A stretch of DNA of 64,000 nt from an uncultured delta proteobacterium (GTDB lineage: Bacteria; Myxococcota_A; Polyangia; Polyangiales; B10-G4): contig CAVSGI010000021.1 in NCBI GenBank assembly GCA_963727445.1, forward strand, positions 480,001 to 544,000, written 5' to 3'. The position numbers and the translations under genes are program-made. Below the pieces are notes generated by a model. It saw only the letters and a list, made by a program, of their open reading frames with translations, ran no database searches and had not been told where the DNA came from. Numbering within the stretch: the stretch's first letter is position 1; each line of letters opens with the position of its first letter. Of the stretch, positions 57,735 through 64,000 are shown piece after piece.

Positions 57735-58790
57735 TCAGGGAACGATGGGGGGGACGCTGATGGCTTCTTCCTGGCCGGGCCCAGCGGAGGCCACGGCGGC
57801 GATCACCCCGATCAATACGCCGAGGACCACCGCGCCGCCACCGACGGCGGCCCAGAACCACCACTCGGACAGGAGCGAGCCGCCTCCGCTGGTGTCGCCG
57901 CCCGCCTCGCCGCCGCCGAAGCCCGCCGAGAGGTCGGCGCTGTCCCCGGCCGCCGTCTCCGGTGTCGGCTCGAGGTCGAAGTTGAGGCGCGCCGCCTGAC
58001 CGGCGGTGACCTCGATGCGCTGACTCTGGGCGAGATAGCCGGGGCGGGTGACCATCACCGTGTGCTCACCGGGCGCGATGTTGCCGGGCGCGATGGGCGT
58101 CGTCCCCACCTCCTGGTCGTCCACGCGCACCGTCGCCTCGTCGACGTTCGACGCCACGAGCAGCGTGGTGTGGCGCGGCGCCGGCGGCATGAGCGACGAG
58201 AGCGCGTCCGTGAGCGGCGCCAGGAGCTCCTGCGGGGCCTCGAGCTGCTCGCGCGGGATCTCCACCGACACGGGCTCGCCGTGGCTCGCGCCACTGACGG
58301 GGTCGACCACGCCGATCATCACCTTCAGCGGATCGCGCGGGCGCGCGCGCTCCATGCGCAGGAGCACACCGCTGATCGCGCCTTCTGCAGCGACGATGGC
58401 GCCGATGCACGGCGCGTCGGCACAGGCCGTGGCCGCAGCGACCTTCTCTTCGTCCGTGAGCACCACCACCTCGCGCCGATGCACGTGGGGCCGCAGCTGT
58501 TCCGCGACGGTGTCGCGCACCAGGGCGCTGACCTCCGCGGGAACGCGACCGATGGTGATCGGAAGGAGGGCGACCGGGGGCGGGGGCGTGGGGCCGCTGG
58601 GCTCGGCAGGTGCGGCTTCCGCCTCACCCTCGGCGGGCGCCTCCTCCGCATCGGGGGCAGCTTCCCCCGTCTGTTCACCCTCTGCCGTCGTGGCGCCTGT
58701 CTCTGCCTCTTGCGCCGCTGCTCGGTGGGGCGCGGCGAGCAGGGCCAGCGCGAAGAGCGAGGCGAGCCAGAAATGCCTTGGGGCTCTCAT
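57735..58790 (-). CDS. Exported PEGA-domain protein with C-terminal anchor
   Basis: 'SNVDEATVRVDDQEVGTTP...PGEHTVMVTRPGY'; 'EWWFWAAVGG'. Confidence 0.85.
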   Translation of the reverse strand: MRAPRHFWLASLFALALLAAPHRAAAQEAETGATTAEGEQTGEAAPDAEEAPAEGEAEAAPAEPSGPTPPPPVALLPITIGRVPAEVSALVRDTVAEQLRPHVHRREVVVLTDEEKVAAATACADAPCIGAIVAAEGAISGVLLRMERARPRDPLKVMIGVVDPVSGASHGEPVSVEIPREQLEAPQELLAPLTDALSSLMPPAPRHTTLLVASNVDEATVRVDDQEVGTTPIAPGNIAPGEHTVMVTRPGYLAQSQRIEVTAGQAARLNFDLEPTPETAAGDSADLSAGFGGGEAGGDTSGGGSLLSEWWFWAAVGGGAVVLGVLIGVIAAVASAGPGQEEAISVPPIVP

Positions 58791-58945
58791 GGCGGCGGAG
58801 GATAGCCGCGGGGAGGGCCTCGGAAAAGGCGGATAGGACTGAATTTGTCGCCTATTGAGCGCGCTGCCCCCATTCGTTACATTGGCGGCCCCGCGCCGAG
58901 GGCGGCCGCGGATTTCCCAAGGATCCCGAGCGGAGGGAACCCCGA

Positions 58946-59497
58946 ATGAGTGAGTCGAACGAAAAGTACCTCGACACCTTTCCGAACTGGCTGAGGAGCC
59001 TCGGTGCAGATGCGGAAGAGATGGGCGAGCTGCTCAACGTCAAAGGCATGCCAAAGGATTCTCTCGAGGCGATCACCGGCGGGCTGAACTACCTGTTCAA
59101 GTCCCTCGATCTGATCCCCGACGGCATCGACGACATCGGTTATCTCGACGACGCGTTCGTGCTTCGCGTCTCGGCCGATCTCGCGGTGAAGGAGCCCTTG
59201 GACGACGTGGACAAGACGCACAAGGACACGCTCGAGAGGCTCTCGGCGGACACCAAGCTCCTGCGCGAGTTCCTCGAGGACGACTACAACCGTCTCGAGG
59301 CCTACGTGAAGGGGCTGCGCAACGGTGCGGCGCGCGGCCGCTCGGTCGACGACATCATCAAGGACGAGTCGATCCGCCGGGACTTCCTCGGAGACGTCCA
59401 GGGTTTCGCCAAGAGCTACAGCTCGCCCTCCTTCGGCCGTGAGGAAAAGAACCTCATCAAGCTGCGCGCCTTCTTCGACGCGAAGCTGCCCAAGTAG
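58946..59497 (+). CDS. DUF1232/YkvA-family protein
   Basis: 'YL...DLIPD....IGYLDD'; GGAGG RBS. Confidence 0.8.
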   Translation: MSESNEKYLDTFPNWLRSLGADAEEMGELLNVKGMPKDSLEAITGGLNYLFKSLDLIPDGIDDIGYLDDAFVLRVSADLAVKEPLDDVDKTHKDTLERLSADTKLLREFLEDDYNRLEAYVKGLRNGAARGRSVDDIIKDESIRRDFLGDVQGFAKSYSSPSFGREEKNLIKLRAFFDAKLPK

Positions 59498-59589
59498 TTC
59501 GACAACGAGACGAGAGATCGCGGCCCGCCGGCCGCGACGATTGACGAGGGGGTCGGTCTGACCCCATCGAGACGAGGGGATCCGTAGAG

Positions 59590-61794
59590 ATGAGCCCGAT
59601 AGCCATGACCCTGCTCCTGGTCGCGACCCTCAGCGCCTTCGCGTGGGCCGCGGCGCGGCGGTGGCGACAGCTGATGGTCGGCGCCCCGGACCCCGATTTT
59701 TCGCTGACGCCGCAGCAGATCGAAAAGCGCGTGCGCGACACCTTCGTCTACGCCTTCGGTCAGCGGAAGATGCCGTACTACCGCAACGCCGGTCTCGCCC
59801 ACATCGTGATCTTCGGCGCGTTCATGATCCTGCTGATCAACAGCATTCAGCTGGCGGTGCGCGGGTACGACGCGAGCTTCGATTTCTGGGGAATCCTCTC
59901 CGAAAACGCGCCACTGGGGATGGCCTACATGGCGGCCAAGGAGCTCCTGGTCGTCCTCTGCATCGCCGGCTGCGTCGCGTTCATGTACTACCGCATCGCC
60001 AAGCACGGCGTCTCGGACGCGCAGGCGGGGCAGACCAGCCGCATGACCCTCGGGACCGAGGGCCTGGTGATCCTCGGGATCATCTTCACGATGATGTGGG
60101 GCGACCTCCTCTACTACGCCGCCCAGGGCATCCTCGACGCGCGGATGGCGGGGCACGGCCCGCACCTGACCGCCGGTTGGGCGTCGTCGATCCTGGGCAT
60201 GGCGCTGTCGGGCACGAGCGACGGGACCCTCGGCGTGCTCGCGCACATCGGCTTCTGGGTGCACATCGGGCTCGTCCTGATCTTCCTCAACATCCTGCCC
60301 TTCTCGAAGCACTTCCACATCATCACCGCCATCCCCAACGTCTTCGCCAAGCCTCAGGTGCCCGCGGGGCGCCTCCCGAAGGTGGAGGACATCGAGGGGC
60401 GCATGGAGCGCGAGGAGTCGGTCGGGATCAACAAGCTCGAAGACCTGACCTGGAATCACATCCTCGATCTGTACACATGCACCGAGTGCGGGCGCTGCAG
60501 CGACAACTGCCCGGCGTACAACACCGACAAGAAGCTCTCTCCGAAGCATCTGACCCTGGCGCTCCGCAACCACCTCTACGACACCGAGGGGCCGATGTTC
60601 GGCGCGGCCGAGGGGATCGACCGGCACTACCCGAACTACGGGCCCACCGAGGACGGCGAAAAGGAGCCGCTCCACACCTTCCCGCATGCGCCCGAGGACG
60701 GGTACTTCCAGAACAGCGACCCGACGGTCGATCTCGTCCCCAACATCGTCGACCCGGACGTCCTGTGGGCCTGCACCACCTGTCGCGCCTGCGAAGAGCA
60801 ATGCCCGGTGCAGATCAGCTACGTCGACAAGATCGTCGGGATGCGCCGCGAGCTGGTGATGAACAAGGGCGAGATGCCGCCCGAGCTCCAGCGGCCCTTC
60901 ATGGGCATGGAGATGAACGGCAACCCCTGGAACAGCTCGCGGGCTGACCGCGCGGACTGGACCGACAAGCTGCGCGACCAGTACGGGGTTCGGGTGCCGC
61001 TCCTGAGCGACAAGCCGGACGCCCAGGTCCTGTACTGGGTCGGTTGCGCGGCGAGCTATGACAACCGCGCCCAGAAGACGGCGATCGCGGTGGCGCGGCT
61101 CCTCGATCACGCGGGCGTCGACTTCGCGATCCTCGGCACCGAGGAGTCCTGCACGGGTGACCCGGCGCGGCGCGCGGGCAACGAGTACCTCTTCCAGGTG
61201 CTCGCCGAGGCGAACGTCGAGACGCTCAACGGCTACGGCGTCGACAAGAAGACGATCGTCACGGCGTGTCCTCATTGCTTCAACACGCTCTTGAACGAGT
61301 ACCCCGACTTCGGCGGCAAGTACGACGTCGTCCACCACTCGGCGTTCCTGAACGGGCTCATCGCGCGCCGGCTCCTGGTGCCGATGCACAGCGTGAAGGC
61401 CGAGGTCGTCTACCACGACAGCTGCTACCTGGGCCGCTACAACGACGTCTACGACCAGCCGCGTGCGGTCCTCGAGTCCATCCCGGGGCTGCACCTCAAG
61501 GAAGTGCCTTACTGGAACAAGAGCCGCGGCCTTTGCTGCGGCGCCGGCGGTGCGAAGTTCTGGTTCGAAGAGGAGAAGGACAAGCGCGTCAACATCAAGC
61601 GGACCTTGCAGCTCCTCGACACCGGCGCCACCACCGTGGCGAGCGGCTGCCCCTTCTGCATGACCATGCTCACCGATGGGCTGAAGGACCAGGAGAAGGA
61701 CGAAGAGGTCGAGCAGCTCGACATCGCCGAGGTGCTGATGCGCTCGGTGGACTTCGGCCAGAGCGAGGGCGCGGCGGAAGAGGCCGCGGAGTGA
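59590..61794 (+). CDS. Membrane Fe-S oxidoreductase (FadF/HdrD-like, 2x[4Fe-4S] plus CCG domains)
   Basis: N-terminal TMs; CTECGRC...CP, CTTCRAC...CP; 'CTG', 'HDSCY', 'CCGAG', 'CPFC'. Confidence 0.92.
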   Translation: MSPIAMTLLLVATLSAFAWAAARRWRQLMVGAPDPDFSLTPQQIEKRVRDTFVYAFGQRKMPYYRNAGLAHIVIFGAFMILLINSIQLAVRGYDASFDFWGILSENAPLGMAYMAAKELLVVLCIAGCVAFMYYRIAKHGVSDAQAGQTSRMTLGTEGLVILGIIFTMMWGDLLYYAAQGILDARMAGHGPHLTAGWASSILGMALSGTSDGTLGVLAHIGFWVHIGLVLIFLNILPFSKHFHIITAIPNVFAKPQVPAGRLPKVEDIEGRMEREESVGINKLEDLTWNHILDLYTCTECGRCSDNCPAYNTDKKLSPKHLTLALRNHLYDTEGPMFGAAEGIDRHYPNYGPTEDGEKEPLHTFPHAPEDGYFQNSDPTVDLVPNIVDPDVLWACTTCRACEEQCPVQISYVDKIVGMRRELVMNKGEMPPELQRPFMGMEMNGNPWNSSRADRADWTDKLRDQYGVRVPLLSDKPDAQVLYWVGCAASYDNRAQKTAIAVARLLDHAGVDFAILGTEESCTGDPARRAGNEYLFQVLAEANVETLNGYGVDKKTIVTACPHCFNTLLNEYPDFGGKYDVVHHSAFLNGLIARRLLVPMHSVKAEVVYHDSCYLGRYNDVYDQPRAVLESIPGLHLKEVPYWNKSRGLCCGAGGAKFWFEEEKDKRVNIKRTLQLLDTGATTVASGCPFCMTMLTDGLKDQEKDEEVEQLDIAEVLMRSVDFGQSEGAAEEAAE

Positions 61795-61801
61795 CGAAAA
61801 A

Positions 61802-61843
61802 GGCGAGACGGCACGCGTCGCGTGCGCGTCTCGCCGTCTCTTC
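61802..61843. terminator. Bidirectional hairpin terminator
   Basis: ggcgagacg-gcacgcg...cgcgtgc-gcgtctcgcc, flanked by aaaaa and tctt. Confidence 0.65.
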
Positions 61844-61858
61844 GGCAGCGTTCGTTCG

Positions 61859-62440
61859 CTACATGCCGAAGCAGACGTCCTCGGCGGTGTAGCACTCTTC
61901 GTGCGGCTCGGCGCAGGCGTCGTAGGCCGAGATCTCGGCGCTGCACGTCGACTGGAAGCAGGCGTCATCGGTGCACGCATCGCCGCAGCAGGTGAGAGCG
62001 TCCCAGGCTGCTTGACACCCCGCGGCGTTGGCGCAGGCCGCGAACGCGTCGTCGAGACACTGTCCGCACGCGGGCTCTGCCGCGATGCAGGTGTCGAAGC
62101 AGGTGTCGTCCATGCAGCCGTCGATGCAGGTGGTGGTCGTCGCCGAGCACGCGGCGGTCGTCGGTGCGGGCACCACGTCACTTTCGCAGCCCGTCGGTGG
62201 CGGCGTCGTCGTCCCAGTGCCGCTGTCCGCGGCGGCGCTGCCGCCCGAATCCACGAGGCTCACCAATCCGTCGGGAGATCCCGAGCTGCTCGGTGGCGGC
62301 GTGGTGCCGGCGTCGTACGACGAGGCGGGTGGTCGGCTGCTGCTCGTGTCCGCGCCGGTCGTCGTCGAGTCGGGGGGTGGCTGAGCGCAGCCTGTGAAAC
62401 CCAGCGCCGCGATTGCGAAGATCCATCCAACTCTGTTCAT
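61859..62440 (-). CDS. Cys-rich lipoprotein with Ser/Thr/Pro linker
   Basis: Lipobox FTG-C; helical Cys-rich C-terminus; GGAGG RBS. Confidence 0.75.
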   Translation of the reverse strand: MNRVGWIFAIAALGFTGCAQPPPDSTTTGADTSSSRPPASSYDAGTTPPPSSSGSPDGLVSLVDSGGSAAADSGTGTTTPPPTGCESDVVPAPTTAACSATTTTCIDGCMDDTCFDTCIAAEPACGQCLDDAFAACANAAGCQAAWDALTCCGDACTDDACFQSTCSAEISAYDACAEPHEECYTAEDVCFGM

Positions 62441-62476
62441 CCCAAAACCTCCATGCCTGTCGTCACCCGTGCATCG

Positions 62477-62492
62477 AGCAATGCCCGTACCG
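62477..62492 (-). promoter_or_regulatory. Putative sigma54 -24/-12 promoter
   Basis: Minus strand CGGTACGGGCATTGCT upstream of the RBS and ATG 62440. Confidence 0.65.
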
Positions 62493-62644
62493 ACCGGAAA
62501 TGCGGCGCTGACAGCTGCTTTCGTGGGTCGACCTCGCGCCCGTTGTCACGCGCACGCGGCAAGCGGGCGGGGTCGTCGATACCCAGCATCCGGGCCTTTT
62601 CACGGGCTTGTCTCGCGGGGCCGCCCATGGTCCACTCCGCCGCC

Positions 62645-63016
62645 GTGGGGGTTCTGCTCCAGACGGCGAATCTGCCGGGTGGGTACGGCGTGGCGCTTCT
62701 CCAGACGCTCGTCGCGCTCGCCGCGGTCTGCGTCCTCGCCTGGGTCGTGCTCAAGTGGAGCGCGAACCGCGGCCTGACGACGATCGGGCAGGGCAAGCGG
62801 GTCAAGGTGCTCGAGCGTGTTCCCCTCGACGCGCGGCGCAGCCTCTACCTGGTCGAGGTGGGCGACAAGGTGTTGCTCCTCGGTGCCGGAGAGGGAAGCG
62901 CGCCCGAGGTGTTGACCGAGATCGATCCCGACACGCTGCCCGACCTCCCCGAGACCGGCCGCGGGGTGTCCTTCGCCGACGTGCTCAGCAAGCTGAAGGG
63001 CGGGGAGAAGGGATGA
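62645..63016 (+). CDS. fliO: FliO-like type III export chaperone
   Basis: One TM then 'VKVLERVPLDARRSLYLVEVGDKVLLLG'; directly upstream of fliP. Start 62627 or 62645. Confidence 0.8.
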   Translation: MGVLLQTANLPGGYGVALLQTLVALAAVCVLAWVVLKWSANRGLTTIGQGKRVKVLERVPLDARRSLYLVEVGDKVLLLGAGEGSAPEVLTEIDPDTLPDLPETGRGVSFADVLSKLKGGEKG

Positions 63017-63684
63017 TGGGCGATCAGCCCCTCGTCACCCTGGTGGCGCTCGGCGCGCTCACGCTCCTTCCCTTCGCCTTCATGGTGACCACCAGCTTCG
63101 TGAAGATCTCGGTGGTCTTCTCCATCCTGCGCAATGCGCTCGGTACCGGTCAGGTCCCGTCGGGGATGGTCATCACCGCCCTGGCAGGGCTCCTCAGCCT
63201 CTACGTCATGGCGCCGGTGGGGCAGGACATCGTCACCGCCGCCGGGCCCGCCGTCGAGCGCATCGACCGCAACGACCCGCTCGAGGGCGAGAGCATGGAC
63301 GCGGTCTTCGAGGCGATCGAGGAGGGCGTGGGACCACTGCGGCAGTTCCTGCTGCGCAACGCCGGCAACCGCGAGCGGGGCCTCTTCTACGATCTCGCGC
63401 GGCGCTCGCGCGGCCCCGATCGCGAGGACGAGGTGGAGCGAGACGACCTCCTCGTGGTGCTCCCCGCCTTCCTGATCACCGAGCTCGCCGAAGCCTTCCA
63501 GATCGGCTTCTTGGTCTTCCTGCCGTTCCTGGTGGTCGACATGGTCGTGTCGAACGTCCTCTTGGCCCTCGGCATGCACATGCTCTCGCCCACCACCGTG
63601 AGCCTGCCTTTCAAGCTCCTGCTCTTCGTCCTGGTGGACGGCTGGTACGTGCTCGCGCAGGCGCTGGTGGCCGGGTATTCATGA
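63013..63684 (+). CDS. Type III export gate subunit FliP/SctR
   Basis: 'TSFVKISVVFSILRNALG..QVP', 'PAFLITEL..AFQIGF...LPFLVVD', 'SLPFKLLLFVLVDGW'. Confidence 0.93.
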   Translation: MMGDQPLVTLVALGALTLLPFAFMVTTSFVKISVVFSILRNALGTGQVPSGMVITALAGLLSLYVMAPVGQDIVTAAGPAVERIDRNDPLEGESMDAVFEAIEEGVGPLRQFLLRNAGNRERGLFYDLARRSRGPDREDEVERDDLLVVLPAFLITELAEAFQIGFLVFLPFLVVDMVVSNVLLALGMHMLSPTTVSLPFKLLLFVLVDGWYVLAQALVAGYS

Positions 63685-64000
63685 GCATCTCCGTACAGCG
63701 GTACGCGGCGATCATCGAAGAGGTCCTGAAGGTCGAACGCGAGGAGGCCGACCGTCAGGGGCAGGAGGTCGACTCCAAGCCCCGCCCGCCGGCCGACGCC
63801 GCGGCGATCGCGCGTGCCGAGAAGGCGCGCGGGCGAACGTTCTCCGACGCGTACCGGAGCTTCTTGTGCACCTGCAACGGGTGGGAAGCCTTCGCCTGGG
63901 GCATCTCGCTGTACGGAACCGAAGAGCTGTCTGGCGAAGCGTACGAATGGGCCGAAGAGGTGCTCGGCTACAACGACGATGTAGAGGAGGAGCTGGAGAA
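63681..64000 (+). CDS. SMI1/KNR4 (SUKH)-family protein, partial
   Basis: Manual translation from the ATGA overlap: '...PPADAAAIARAEKARGRTFSDAYRSFLCTCNGW...LYGTEEL'; runs off the window. Confidence 0.75.
   Translation, partial: MSISVQRYAAIIEEVLKVEREEADRQGQEVDSKPRPPADAAAIARAEKARGRTFSDAYRSFLCTCNGWEAFAWGISLYGTEELSGEAYEWAEEVLGYNDDVEEELE

Overview
A gene-dense, very GC-rich (roughly 70% by eye) bacterial window. Its gene content points to Myxococcota, probably Polyangiales/Sandaracinaceae-like (inference): a MYXO-CTERM protein, PEGA/TPR proteins, Ser/Thr kinases, many Cys-rich lipoproteins, a sigma54 activator and an orphan FliO/FliP pair. It holds about 60 CDS and one tRNA-Pro(CGG). Housekeeping genes include murI, rseP, rsmB, a FadF-like Fe-S oxidoreductase and a CaiB/BaiF CoA-transferase with SCP2. 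Signalling genes include a REC-GAF-PAS-PAS-HisKA protein with no ATPase domain coupled to a second kinase, two Ser/Thr kinases, a pseudokinase-pentapeptide fusion, a sigma54 activator beside a degenerate REC-GGDEF, and a DigR-like regulator. There is also an extracytoplasmic c-cytochrome cluster (34.8-42.9 kb) and a complex palindromic repeat cluster (28.26-28.87 kb). Non-coding patterns read directly from the sequence: (i) ten genes have a TAnnnT -10 box only 6-9 nt before the start codon, i.e. leaderless-type starts; (ii) six sigma54-type -24/-12 motifs precede exported proteins, four of them exactly 13 nt from the ATG; (iii) six genes carry single frameshifts, three at G-runs and three at GATC-like sites, most likely long-read errors. 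No CRISPR array, transposase, integrase or rRNA was seen. All product calls come from motif recognition; no database search was run.
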